Source: a virus (Duplodnaviria; Caudoviricetes). From it: 64,000 nt of DNA. Numbering within the stretch: position 1 is the first letter of the stretch; every line of letters begins with the position of its first letter. The notes under the pieces are model-generated. The model saw only the letters and a program-made list of their open reading frames with translations, was not told the DNA's origin and searched no databases. The stretch spans positions 32,001 to 96,000 of IMG/VR virus record IMGVR_UViG_3300014203_000001; one strand, 5' to 3'. Shown piece after piece: positions 1 through 9,747 of the stretch. Position numbers and translations under genes: made by a program.

Positions 1-284
1 GGAGTAGTAATCACTGGTTCTTGCGTGGGTGGAACTACAGGTGGGGTAGCTTCAGTTTTCTCTTCTGGAACTTTAACTTCTTCTTTTTCATGATTATCTT
101 TATCATAGTTGATGAAATCTAAAGGAATAGTTCTACTTCCAATAACCTCTTCAACTTTAGCTTTTTCATGGATGCAGATTAAAATCTCCTCTACATCAAG
201 AACAATACCTTTAACGTTTCCAACGATAGGATGTTTAATACCAACCACTGGGACTGATGCTTTTACATTTACTTTCTTTTGCAT
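1..284 (-). CDS. hypothetical protein, runs off window start
   Basis: Hand translation MQKKVNVKASVPVVGIKHPIVG...PPVVPPTQEPVITT, open to position 1; GGAGG RBS upstream. Confidence 0.7.
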   Translation of the reverse strand, partial: MQKKVNVKASVPVVGIKHPIVGNVKGIVLDVEEILICIHEKAKVEEVIGSRTIPLDFINYDKDNHEKEEVKVPEEKTEATPPVVPPTQEPVITT

Positions 285-305
285 TTTTATTTTCCTCCTA
301 ATATT

Positions 306-494
306 TTATAAATCTTCTTCACCGCAGTCATCATAATCGTCACCGAGAAGAACAGCATCAACTGCGTCACTATCTCCATCACCATCTGTGAGTAAATCTT
401 CTTCTGCATCTTCGATGTCATCAATTTCGTCATCTACTATAGACAAAACGATATCATCGTCATACATTTCTTCATTTATAATATCTTCTACCAT
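306..494 (-). CDS. very acidic small late protein
   Basis: 62 aa, 29 D/E and no K/R; RBS GGAGGT inside upstream gene. Confidence 0.7.
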   Translation of the reverse strand: MVEDIINEEMYDDDIVLSIVDDEIDDIEDAEEDLLTDGDGDSDAVDAVLLGDDYDDCGEEDL

Positions 495-495
495 T

Positions 496-678
496 CTAGT
501 TTACCTCCACATATTTTTCTTCTGCTGGAAATAATTCTGATAGTTCTTCATTTACAGATTTGGATTCCATTAGTGAATCTAATATATCTCCATCATCCGT
601 ATCCAGATCGAACGTAGCATCATAATTATCATTATCAACCATTTCTTGTAGTAAAAATTTATCAATAGCTTTAGACAA
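496..678 (-). CDS. acidic small late protein
   Basis: TTG start with AAAGGAG RBS; late promoter at 705-716; LQE/LMES/VNEE motifs. Confidence 0.7.
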   Translation of the reverse strand: MSKAIDKFLLQEMVDNDNYDATFDLDTDDGDILDSLMESKSVNEELSELFPAEEKYVEVN

Positions 679-704
679 TTCAATCGCTCCTTTCTAAGCA
701 ATTT

Positions 705-716
705 TAATTATATGTT
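705..716 (-). promoter_or_regulatory. late promoter AACA-N6-TA
   Basis: AACA TATAAT TA on minus strand. Confidence 0.7.
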
Positions 717-1933
717 CAGGCAAGGGTTTTAAGATCAGTTTTTAATATGTCTTTAGCAAAATGCTCTAGTATAAATACTACAATTGGTATATTGTAGTAT
801 AATTCTATACTGGGGCTGTACTCTATTTTCTCTAAAGCATTTATCATATCCTGTGTTACTGGTCTATTATGGAAGTAGCATCCTATAATATTATAATACT
901 CCTTAGAATGACCAGGTTCTAATATCTTTCCTTCTAATACCACTTCTATAAAATCAGTATCAAATAAATCTATAGGATCTGCTAACATTCCTAGTTTAGT
1001 GTTGTACTCTATCATAAAGTAGTCTTCCATTCTAGTAGTCAATAAAGAACAAGGATCAGTTACCATTACTCCATATACTCTCTGGAAATCTATTTTATTA
1101 TCCATAGTCTCTAGATGTTTGAATATTGTCTTGTTATATTCTATACAGAATGTATATGGTAAGAATACCTGTTGGGTTACAAATATATACCTATCTGGAG
1201 TGCTTAGAATATTATTCCTCATTGCAAACTCTACCATATAAGGATCATAGAAAAAACAATCATTAAATGGAAAGATATACGTTTGCACTCTATTCTTAAA
1301 GAATAGACTGTTATAGTATTCTATTAGAGTATCAGTAACGTCTTCGATGCTACTTATAAAATCATATTCGTTATTACTAATAACGGTTTTGAAACTGGTT
1401 CCAATATTGCCTATAATCATCTTAAAATCACCGACAACCTGCTTATCTATTTTAAGATCAAAGTTGTCTAGTTTATAAGTTAACTTGTAGAAGTTAGCAC
1501 CATTCTCTATAGTGTCCAATCCTACTGCTAGTATTCTAAAAAAGATATTCTTTCCTACATGGTTAATAACAAAATAACCCTCAGTATATGGAACAAATGT
1601 TTCTGGAGGGAGATATGCTTCTCCTTCAACTGGGTCAGATTCGGTGCCCCATTCCCCTATATCTATATTTAGAAGAATCTTCTCTATATTATATAGGATA
1701 GTATTTTCTATCTTATTGAATCTTAGTCCACTCTGAGGTCCAACTGATTCGTATATTTGCTTAGTCCCATCGTCTAAAGTAGATAGCTTGGGATCTGGAT
1801 TATAAAAAGTAACCATCGTTGGTTTCTTATCATTAAAAGTATAGAAAGCATTGTTCGCTATCTTTTCTTTTACACCATCCGCTAAGCTATTTATTACATT
1901 CATCATTTCTACATTTAGAAATTTTCCACTCAT
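716..1933 (-). CDS. virion structural protein (possibly neck-like)
   Basis: True start probably MSGKF at 1933 (GGGGG RBS, late promoter 1951-1962); function inferred from context. Confidence 0.5.
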   Translation of the reverse strand: MSGKFLNVEMMNVINSLADGVKEKIANNAFYTFNDKKPTMVTFYNPDPKLSTLDDGTKQIYESVGPQSGLRFNKIENTILYNIEKILLNIDIGEWGTESDPVEGEAYLPPETFVPYTEGYFVINHVGKNIFFRILAVGLDTIENGANFYKLTYKLDNFDLKIDKQVVGDFKMIIGNIGTSFKTVISNNEYDFISSIEDVTDTLIEYYNSLFFKNRVQTYIFPFNDCFFYDPYMVEFAMRNNILSTPDRYIFVTQQVFLPYTFCIEYNKTIFKHLETMDNKIDFQRVYGVMVTDPCSLLTTRMEDYFMIEYNTKLGMLADPIDLFDTDFIEVVLEGKILEPGHSKEYYNIIGCYFHNRPVTQDMINALEKIEYSPSIELYYNIPIVVFILEHFAKDILKTDLKTLA

Positions 1934-1950
1934 GTTTACGCCCCCTTTAT

Positions 1951-1962
1951 TACTCCAATGTT
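1951..1962 (-). promoter_or_regulatory. late promoter
   Basis: AACA TTGGAG TA just upstream of RBS. Confidence 0.7.
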
Positions 1963-1996
1963 TAGAAAAAATAAAGCACATCGTGTTACAATGTGC

Positions 1997-3049
1997 TTAT
2001 ATACGAGTGATCTGGTCTTTTATATTTTCTAATTTAACACCAAAGTCTTTTTCGTTAGGGAATACATTGCGATGTAAATAAACCTTTATTCCTATAGGAG
2101 TTACTAGATCTGCAACTGCCTTTATCTGTTCTTCAGGAACGTCGTTATCCATATACAAATGGAGTTCACAATTAATTATTCCCATCCCAGATAATATAAG
2201 ATTTATTACATTAAGATACGATCTACCACCTATAGACATATAAATATTTTGTTCTCTATTTCCATTATTAAGATTATAGAAGATTGATAAGATATCAAAT
2301 GGACCCTCTGCAATATGAATCTTAATCGGAACCAAAGACATAAGATTACATTTTGTTGGTATAGAGTAAAATCTTCTAGAGTTGTTTAAAGAATCTTTGA
2401 ATATACTGTAGTTAGTATATCTACGATCTATGAACTTACTAACACAGCCTTTCTTCCTTAGATTCTTTAGATTAATGAATCCATTATCCATAGATAAGAA
2501 TCCCAAAAAGCTATCGTCTAGTTCTTTCACTATATTATCATACATCGTATACTCTTTTATCTTATTAGAGTTTAATAGATCTAATAAATTAAGAACAATC
2601 TTATTCTCTAACAGATCACTATAAGTAAGATCTAAACCAAGTCTTTTATTTATATAGAATAGTTTAGCCTCACTTAACTTATCTTTCCTTATATAATTAT
2701 TATATACTTTATAAGTCTTATTTTTCCTCATTCGGTTCTTAGAGAGCTTAACTGTTTTTGTATTATTGTCTCTAAGATCACATATCATTTCTCCGTCTTT
2801 ACTACAGTCTACAAGGCTCATCAATACATCGGGAGTTAGAATTCCTTTAGTACTACACTTAAAACAATAGTACATTGGAGGTACATTATTTACTTCATCG
2901 CCTAATGATATATACAGATGCCGTGCATTATGATCTGATTGGCTATCTCCACAAAATCTACATCTAATAGCAACTTCTGCCTGCCCTGATGCGGTTCGTC
3001 CATCGTTAAATTTTCTTAATAAAAAATCTCTTAGTTTGTCTGCAAACAT
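1997..3049 (-). CDS. DNA primase (Zn-finger + TOPRIM)
   Basis: CRFC...CFKC zinc finger; IAEGPFDILS and YMDND TOPRIM motifs; C-terminal KDFG. Confidence 0.85.
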   Translation of the reverse strand: MFADKLRDFLLRKFNDGRTASGQAEVAIRCRFCGDSQSDHNARHLYISLGDEVNNVPPMYYCFKCSTKGILTPDVLMSLVDCSKDGEMICDLRDNNTKTVKLSKNRMRKNKTYKVYNNYIRKDKLSEAKLFYINKRLGLDLTYSDLLENKIVLNLLDLLNSNKIKEYTMYDNIVKELDDSFLGFLSMDNGFINLKNLRKKGCVSKFIDRRYTNYSIFKDSLNNSRRFYSIPTKCNLMSLVPIKIHIAEGPFDILSIFYNLNNGNREQNIYMSIGGRSYLNVINLILSGMGIINCELHLYMDNDVPEEQIKAVADLVTPIGIKVYLHRNVFPNEKDFGVKLENIKDQITRI

Positions 3050-3057
3050 ATCAAGAC

Positions 3058-3165
3058 CTACTTTCTAAATCCACATATCATTTCTAATAGACGGATCGCA
3101 CCTATAATAATAAAAAGTAATCCCAATTCTATTGTCAATGCCCTTGCTAAAATCTTTCCAAACAT
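3058..3165 (-). CDS. 35-aa membrane peptide
   Basis: MFGKILARALTIELGLLFIIIGAIRLLEMICGFRK; GGGAGG RBS; absent from ORF track. Confidence 0.55.
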   Translation of the reverse strand: MFGKILARALTIELGLLFIIIGAIRLLEMICGFRK

Positions 3166-3191
3166 TTTATCCTCCCTTTTATTAGTAAAAT

Positions 3192-3223
3192 TATGAGAGT
3201 ATGCTTGTATGCATACTCTCATA
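3192..3223. terminator. intrinsic terminator hairpin
   Basis: tatgagagtatgc/gcatactctcata arms. Confidence 0.7.
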
Positions 3224-3231
3224 TCTTATAT

Positions 3232-4833
3232 TTAAATCATTAATGAAAACATTAATATCTCTTCACATATAATCTCTGGAACAGCTGGAGCTGGAACTAC
3301 CACTCCGTGTAATTCTGAGTTATAGAAATCGATATTTTTGAATTCTGACGCTAAAATCTGAGCTATTATCTTGGATAGATTTTGCTCATATATTTTAGGA
3401 TTGCGATACTTATTTACTACTTTAGGATAATTATCAGACAACATTGTTCGTTGCATGATCTTCTTATTGACGGTCTTTCTTGTTACGAATCTGCTTATCT
3501 TACCACCGATTACAAATGGTAGTAATTTTTGACCCTCTAAAATTAATTTTCGTTTAGCAGATATCATAAGAATTATATACTCATCATCATTTACCATTCT
3601 CACAGCCTGAGTATCATAGAAATATCTCTGAAACAAATATGCTACAAGATTTTCTTGAAAGTCGTTTCTCAATGCTTTCCCATCAGCAGTTAGTTCCTTT
3701 CGATAGAAATCTATTTCTTCTTTAGAGAAAGGTCCATACTCTTCTATGATTCGACGCATTGTTGTTGTAGCATTGACGTTAACTTGAAGAAGCATTGCTT
3801 CATCTTGTTTAGTCATATGAGCTTCAAACTTATCAATCTCACTATTGTTATCGTCATCTCTGTTAGATGAGGATACTGTGGTTAATGCATACTCATATGG
3901 AATATCAACAACTTTATATTTGATATCCCTATTAATAGCATCTAGGTTAAAACATATTACACTTTTAGAATATATATATTTAGGAATGATTTGGACTATT
4001 ATATCCTCTACTGTAGCTATAGAATGTATGGTTGGGTTTCTCGCTCTAATATCTTGCATTCCCCATAATCCACTATCCGAAATAGTAGATTGGTTTACTT
4101 TAGTCCGAGTAGTTTCTAATAGCTTAGAATACATATTTACCCTATACTTGTTTAGAACCATGATAAAAATCCTATCAAATACTCTCAAGAGAACTCTTTT
4201 GATATCTATAGGATTGTACTTCCTGGTATAAATAAAATGGGCTAATAATGGTATGATCATATTTTGTAATAATGAGATCTCCATAAATATAGTAGCATGA
4301 TGCTTACTATATTCTAAACAAGGATTATTCTTATTCTTATAATCAAATTCGATATAATAATTTACATCATTCATACACGATATTTGATAGTGAATAATAG
4401 GAGAAGACTTATAATCAATTATATATCGCACTAGATCATTAAGTAAGTTATCTTCACTATAGTTTTCTCTATAGTCGATCAGATACTTGATCTGTGCCAT
4501 TAACCCTAGTAATACATGCCCCCTATCAAAGAATTTCTCGAAATAATTTAGATACGTTGTATTATGCTCTCGAAATCCAATTGTTAGGTTTCCCTCTTTG
4601 TTAATTTTGGTTTCGCTATTATAGCAACGTTTTGATGACATCATAAAATAATTTATATCGCTATTATCTGGCATACCGTATAAGGGAGCTATATTCGCAT
4701 ATATAATTCCCTTACTGTGTTTGAATATTAGGTCGTCTGGGCTGGGAACCCAATTATCCACTAGTATTTTCTCTGGGACTGGAACTCGTTCGACTATTTG
4801 TACAAGCTTTTCTTTACTCTCTGCATTTATCAA
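3232..4833 (-). CDS. sigma-like promoter-specificity subunit of non-virion RNAP (AR9 gp226-like)
   Basis: Blocks match AR9 gp226 as recalled: SKRCYN, LQNMIIPLL, SDSGLW, IIPK...SVI, DDDNNSEIDKFE, C-terminal EEILMFSLMI; early promoter upstream; close to the chaperonin gene as in AR9; likely TTG start at 4833 after GGGGAGG. Confidence 0.8.
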   Translation of the reverse strand: MINAESKEKLVQIVERVPVPEKILVDNWVPSPDDLIFKHSKGIIYANIAPLYGMPDNSDINYFMMSSKRCYNSETKINKEGNLTIGFREHNTTYLNYFEKFFDRGHVLLGLMAQIKYLIDYRENYSEDNLLNDLVRYIIDYKSSPIIHYQISCMNDVNYYIEFDYKNKNNPCLEYSKHHATIFMEISLLQNMIIPLLAHFIYTRKYNPIDIKRVLLRVFDRIFIMVLNKYRVNMYSKLLETTRTKVNQSTISDSGLWGMQDIRARNPTIHSIATVEDIIVQIIPKYIYSKSVICFNLDAINRDIKYKVVDIPYEYALTTVSSSNRDDDNNSEIDKFEAHMTKQDEAMLLQVNVNATTTMRRIIEEYGPFSKEEIDFYRKELTADGKALRNDFQENLVAYLFQRYFYDTQAVRMVNDDEYIILMISAKRKLILEGQKLLPFVIGGKISRFVTRKTVNKKIMQRTMLSDNYPKVVNKYRNPKIYEQNLSKIIAQILASEFKNIDFYNSELHGVVVPAPAVPEIICEEILMFSLMI

Positions 4834-4890
4834 GTAATCTTCCTCCCCTTTATAATAAAACATATGTTATTTCATATACGTGAATCACCT

Positions 4891-4911
4891 CCACATATAT
4901 AATATATAACC
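4891..4911 (-). promoter_or_regulatory. early promoter
   Basis: GGTTATATATTATATATGTGG. Confidence 0.7.
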
Positions 4912-5685
4912 TTATTTTCTTTTTGTTGTTTTAGTATACTTGGTTGCTTTGGTAGATTTTACATTGCTTTTTGCCTTTGCTTTGATAGCATACATCGTAC
5001 TCTTAGCTACTAAAGTGCTACCAGTGTTCTTTGGACCTCTACTCTTCTTTATTTCTGGTAATGGTTTCTTTTTACTTAGATTCTCACCCGCAGCTTGTCT
5101 AGCTGCCACCTTTTGATCTGCATGGTCTATCTCGAATAGAAGAGCTTCTTTAGAATATGTTTTAGTTTCCCCTAGCCAAGCTACTTTCTTATCCAATCCT
5201 TTTAGTTTGATATATAGGTATGCAAAGTAAATTTGTTTTACGTATCCTATTACATCCTTAGGGTTCTTAATAACCGCTTTATCAGTCAAAGCTTTACTAC
5301 TCATTTTCTCTTTAAGATCTTCAATAAACATCTTATTCTTATTGAATGCATGAGCATGGGTAAATACAAATGCTGGATCGTTAGAGAAGAATTTAGTCTC
5401 ATAACTGTTTAGATTATTCTCAGCAGCTACTGCTGTATTGGAAGTAATATACTCAATTACCACATCATAGTAAAATTTACCAATTAATTCCGACGGGATT
5501 TTAAGATGGATAAGATATCTCTTATCGCTATCTTTATATAGAGTATACATTATTCTACCAGCATCTCGCACTAATACAGTATCGAACTTCTGCGTATAAA
5601 GATCTTTATATACTCCCCGTTGGCTATATACTGCATTGTTCTTACCCATAGGGTTCTTTATGTATTCATCGAAAGTCATAATCAT
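4912..5685 (-). CDS. hypothetical protein with Lys/Thr-rich basic C-terminus
   Basis: 257-aa ORF with RBS. Confidence 0.6.
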   Translation of the reverse strand: MIMTFDEYIKNPMGKNNAVYSQRGVYKDLYTQKFDTVLVRDAGRIMYTLYKDSDKRYLIHLKIPSELIGKFYYDVVIEYITSNTAVAAENNLNSYETKFFSNDPAFVFTHAHAFNKNKMFIEDLKEKMSSKALTDKAVIKNPKDVIGYVKQIYFAYLYIKLKGLDKKVAWLGETKTYSKEALLFEIDHADQKVAARQAAGENLSKKKPLPEIKKSRGPKNTGSTLVAKSTMYAIKAKAKSNVKSTKATKYTKTTKRK

Positions 5686-5693
5686 ATTATAAC

Positions 5694-5843
5694 CTACCTT
5701 TTAGCTTTCTTCTTATCCATAATCAAGTTGTTCTTGATATTTTCATCTTCTCTCTCATATGTAGCGAGTCCAATATCAGTTTGTACAATCCACATACCAA
5801 ACATAAATACTGCAAGTCCTAAGATAAATCTTTTACTAAACAT
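5694..5843 (-). CDS. 49-aa membrane protein
   Basis: MFSKRFILGLAVFMFGMWIVQTDIG...KKKAKR; AAAGGAGG RBS. Confidence 0.6.
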   Translation of the reverse strand: MFSKRFILGLAVFMFGMWIVQTDIGLATYEREDENIKNNLIMDKKKAKR

Positions 5844-5869
5844 AATATTCCTCCTTTACCAAATAAATA

Positions 5870-5896
5870 CAAGGTTACGGATAATCCGTAACCTTG
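5870..5896. terminator. hairpin
   Basis: caaggttacggat-a-atccgtaaccttg. Confidence 0.65.
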
Positions 5897-5937
5897 ATAT
5901 ACACTTTTTAATAAGATGTAATGGGTAATATAATTTT

Positions 5938-7674
5938 CTACTCTGGGTCGATATATACATTGTATTCTGGAGCTTCACATAAATATTGGTTCGTACTGAT
6001 AACAAGACCAATGATTTTACTAATAGCATCTAGAATAACTTGGTCTGATTTGATAGTAGAAAGTACAGTATTATCAAATTTCTCAGTTCTAATATTTAAA
6101 GGACACCCATTAGCTAAACACTCCAACGCTGTCAGAATAGACTGTGTTTTGTCTTCTCCACAATGAATGAAGTATAAAGAAGATACTAATTCAAGATACA
6201 CTTTGTTTAGAGTAGTATAGATGCTAAATGCTTCTTCATTTTGTATTTTAGTATGCTCTTCTTCGCTTAGTGATTCCATTTCTAATTTTTCTAATTCATT
6301 AAATGCACGGAAAGCTTCAAAGTTAGCGCCAAATCCAGTACCATCTTTAGCGGCACTACGGCAATTCAATACAGCATCTTCTACTAGATCTCTAAGAGCA
6401 TCTCTATCGTTCATAGAAATACCACCTACCAGATAATCTACCATATTAGCTTTCAATGAATTGATACGACGTTTTAGTGTACCCACTTTAACGATATCTT
6501 CTTTAGCTTCTTCATACTTCTCAAGCATCATTTGAAGCCCATCAATTAAACCATTATATGTATCAGACTTCTCTCCATCCTCATTGAACATCAACTTTGG
6601 ATTGATAATCTTTGTCTTTAGATTATCTGCTTCTACAAGATCAGCATATCCTGCGAAGTTATGTACAGTGTCTGGAGTTGCAGCTAATCCATTATCAATA
6701 TCCATCTGCTGTAGAGTAGGATCGATGTATTTCTTAATAGGTTTAGCCCCACTAATAATAGCCAAATCTGATAAAACATCACCATCAAAGATATTTGGAA
6801 TTACTAATAAAGGTGGACGCATCATAGGTTTAATATTAGTAAGCTGGGTTACAATATTATCCATCATGGCGTTCATATCTACTGAGATTTTAGGGCAAAA
6901 GATAACAGTAGGAACGATATTAGTTTTATCGGCAAAGATATTATCATACATGATCTTATCTAAGAATACACTCATCTCTGGAGTATCGATAGGATCTTCA
7001 AATACATAGATATTAGCTCCTCTAATAGATGCCACTTTTCGTTCGGTATTATTAATGAAAGCTGGATCACAATATCCTTCTTCGATAGTAAAACCATCAT
7101 ATACTTTCTTTACATTGTTAGGAGAATTAGAGATACCAACATCGATGAATACTTCCATACCATTTTCTTTATAGATATCTGAAAGATTCTGTGCTACTTC
7201 TTCATTACCATTGGTAGAAATCATAGCAATCTTATAGATATCATCTACAGTAGTTTCCTTTTTATTAGAGTCGATAATCTTAATAGCTTTTTCAATAGCT
7301 TTCTTAAATTGTTTTACTAACTCCAATTCAGAAATACCATATTTCTCGTGAGCTGTTTTAAGAGCATCGAAGATTAGATAAGATGCTTTAATAGCAGACG
7401 TTGTTCCGTCACCAATCGTACTAACAATACGAACAGTAATATCTCTAAGATCATCGCGCATAGTTTGCTCAATAGGTTTATTGAACTTGATATCACATAA
7501 GATAGTATGACCATCTTTAGTATATCTAGCAACATCATTCTTCTTACGAATAGCTGTTGTAGATCCGTTAGGACCGTAGGAATTAGTCAAAGCTGCATCT
7601 AAAATCTTTAATGCATTTAATTGTGCTTCTCTTGTTTGTTTCTTAGGAATAATGTTAGTATATACTTGTGTCAT
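5938..7674 (-). CDS. phage GroEL-like chaperonin
   Basis: SYGPNG, YTKDGHTIL, GDGTTSA, LVEDAV motifs; 578 aa. Confidence 0.92.
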   Translation of the reverse strand: MTQVYTNIIPKKQTREAQLNALKILDAALTNSYGPNGSTTAIRKKNDVARYTKDGHTILCDIKFNKPIEQTMRDDLRDITVRIVSTIGDGTTSAIKASYLIFDALKTAHEKYGISELELVKQFKKAIEKAIKIIDSNKKETTVDDIYKIAMISTNGNEEVAQNLSDIYKENGMEVFIDVGISNSPNNVKKVYDGFTIEEGYCDPAFINNTERKVASIRGANIYVFEDPIDTPEMSVFLDKIMYDNIFADKTNIVPTVIFCPKISVDMNAMMDNIVTQLTNIKPMMRPPLLVIPNIFDGDVLSDLAIISGAKPIKKYIDPTLQQMDIDNGLAATPDTVHNFAGYADLVEADNLKTKIINPKLMFNEDGEKSDTYNGLIDGLQMMLEKYEEAKEDIVKVGTLKRRINSLKANMVDYLVGGISMNDRDALRDLVEDAVLNCRSAAKDGTGFGANFEAFRAFNELEKLEMESLSEEEHTKIQNEEAFSIYTTLNKVYLELVSSLYFIHCGEDKTQSILTALECLANGCPLNIRTEKFDNTVLSTIKSDQVILDAISKIIGLVISTNQYLCEAPEYNVYIDPE

Positions 7675-7678
7675 GATA

Positions 7679-8341
7679 TCATTCTCCCTCTTCTTCTTTT
7701 GTAATAGGTGCTAAAGTCAATCCAACATATGGATCTATTGTACGGATCTTATTTGTATCTGAAGCTACTAGAATAATCTTCTTAGGTAAACCATCAGCTT
7801 TATCGATATTATGCATATAATTCGATAAGAAGATATATTTACCATTTAGATTTTTATATTTAACCACATCTTCAACATACTTTAAGAATAGACAATCATA
7901 CCCATCCATATTATCTTGATTGAGTACTGTAGTTAAAGTACTATCTAAATTCTTAATATATTGCTCTTGCAGAGAGTTTTTACAATTAATGACACACTTA
8001 ATAACTCCATCATATTCTTGTAGAGTTTTAGCATATCTAAGAATATCAGTAGGTTGGCAGAACTTTAATACTTCTTCCAGATATTTATCTGCAATATCTT
8101 TTAGCATATCTGGAAGGCTGGCTTTGAACTTATCCTTTAGTAGAATACTGATAGGATTCTTATCTTCTCTGGCTAATAGAAAGTTTTTCTTTACATCTTC
8201 ACTAGATGCATTTACTATGTACTGGTTAAAATACACTGACTTTTTATACTTATCAATCATGAAGTTTATAATACCTAGATCAATATCTACCACAGATTCA
8301 AAAGTTAATAAATTTGAGCAAGAGTATTTTACATTTGTCAC
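7679..8341 (-). CDS. hypothetical protein
   Basis: 220 aa, GTG start, GGGGAG RBS. Confidence 0.6.
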   Translation of the reverse strand: MTNVKYSCSNLLTFESVVDIDLGIINFMIDKYKKSVYFNQYIVNASSEDVKKNFLLAREDKNPISILLKDKFKASLPDMLKDIADKYLEEVLKFCQPTDILRYAKTLQEYDGVIKCVINCKNSLQEQYIKNLDSTLTTVLNQDNMDGYDCLFLKYVEDVVKYKNLNGKYIFLSNYMHNIDKADGLPKKIILVASDTNKIRTIDPYVGLTLAPITKEEEGE

Positions 8342-8371
8342 TTATAACTCCCCTTTTCTATTTAAATTATA

Positions 8372-8397
8372 GGACGTATCTAAAAATAGATACGTCC
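8372..8397. terminator. hairpin
   Basis: ggacgtatcta-aaaa-tagatacgtcc. Confidence 0.65.
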
Positions 8398-8413
8398 ATA
8401 TGAAACACTAAAC

Positions 8414-9187
8414 TTAATCGTCTCCCATAATATCATCGATAGTAGAAGTACTTCTGTTGTTACTAGCGCTTTTATTATTGGAGAAGTAACTACCTTTACT
8501 GCTAGATGCTTTCTGAGCATACAACTCAACTCCTACGCCTGACGCGATCTTAGCTAAACTCTTATCAGTTCTATCTTGAGAATACGCTAAATTATCTACT
8601 ACACTAAACGCAAAACTTCCAGTCATAGCTTCAGCATATGTTTCAAGCTGAGCAATAGCTTCGATAATATCTAAAGTATCAAATGATTCATAATCCTTAT
8701 CAAAATCTCCAGTCTTTTCGCTAAAGTCTTTGATTGAGCAATGGTAATTGCGTTTGAATTCGTATGCATATGAACTCTCTACTTGTCCATTCTCGCCAAT
8801 CTTTCTGATAATTAATACTGGAGTATTTGGTTTATCAAACTCTTCTCCATTAGAAATTGTAAGTAAACCTTGACCTGCAAATACACCTTGGTTATTATAT
8901 GATTCTGGATCTTTAAGAAATCCCCGTAAGATTTTTGCCATGATGCGAGCTTTAGTATGGTTTAAATAGATAACAGCTGCATTCTTTCTATCCCAATTAG
9001 GATTCTCCTCTTTACCACTATTGTCAATCTTTGGCGCGATTGCAATCTTAAGCGTACTTTTCCACATTGAAAAACTCAAGTTTGTTACATCAATCTCACT
9101 CTCTGTATTGCTCATTGCGTAACCATATACGGTTGGACGATACACCTGTTTTTCCTCGTTATTATTATAATTTTCTCCTAATGCCAT
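8414..9187 (-). CDS. putative single-stranded DNA-binding protein
   Basis: Beta-rich core, Ser/Asn linker and acidic tail IDDIMGDD as in SSBs (inference). Confidence 0.4.
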   Translation of the reverse strand: MALGENYNNNEEKQVYRPTVYGYAMSNTESEIDVTNLSFSMWKSTLKIAIAPKIDNSGKEENPNWDRKNAAVIYLNHTKARIMAKILRGFLKDPESYNNQGVFAGQGLLTISNGEEFDKPNTPVLIIRKIGENGQVESSYAYEFKRNYHCSIKDFSEKTGDFDKDYESFDTLDIIEAIAQLETYAEAMTGSFAFSVVDNLAYSQDRTDKSLAKIASGVGVELYAQKASSSKGSYFSNNKSASNNRSTSTIDDIMGDD

Positions 9188-9214
9188 TATAATAGCCTCC
9201 CTTTAATTTATAAT

Positions 9215-9655
9215 TTATTCAACTACAACGTGTAGCATTACCGCTTTAAGCTCATCATTATTAGAAAAGAGTATAAATTTCTTGTTTGCAATACCACCAG
9301 CTAGACAAATATTAACAGCTCTTAAATGCTTCATATCTCCTGTAGTTACTGAAAAGATTGAGTTGATAGAACGCTCAAAACTACCAAATGAAGGAGTAAA
9401 TAAAATTGTATTCGGAATTCGTATAAGTTTAATACCTTCTTCTCCATCTTTACAAATTTCACATTTACCAGTTTCAATATCATAGTACTCGCTTCCAATA
9501 TCAACATATCCGTTTATAAATATATCAGTAATACAAGTGCTAATGTTTATTTCTACATCATCAGAATTCCCAAATAATTCTTTAATAATATCTCTTGTTC
9601 CTTTTTCTGGTAGATGAATAAATACATCCTTTTCTCTCTTCTCCCCTAATACCAT
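9215..9655 (-). CDS. hypothetical protein
   Basis: Start MVLGEK at 9655 after AAAGGAGG. Confidence 0.6.
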   Translation of the reverse strand: MVLGEKREKDVFIHLPEKGTRDIIKELFGNSDDVEINISTCITDIFINGYVDIGSEYYDIETGKCEICKDGEEGIKLIRIPNTILFTPSFGSFERSINSIFSVTTGDMKHLRAVNICLAGGIANKKFILFSNNDELKAVMLHVVVE

Positions 9656-9713
9656 ATAAATAGCCTCCTTTGTAATCATTAAATAAATGTATGTGTTTGT
9701 ATAAAAACATATA

Positions 9714-9741
9714 AAGAGGTATAGCAATTGCTATACCTCTT
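9714..9741. terminator. perfect 28-bp palindrome
   Basis: AAGAGGTATAGCAATTGCTATACCTCTT. Confidence 0.7.
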
Positions 9742-9747
9742 ATATTA

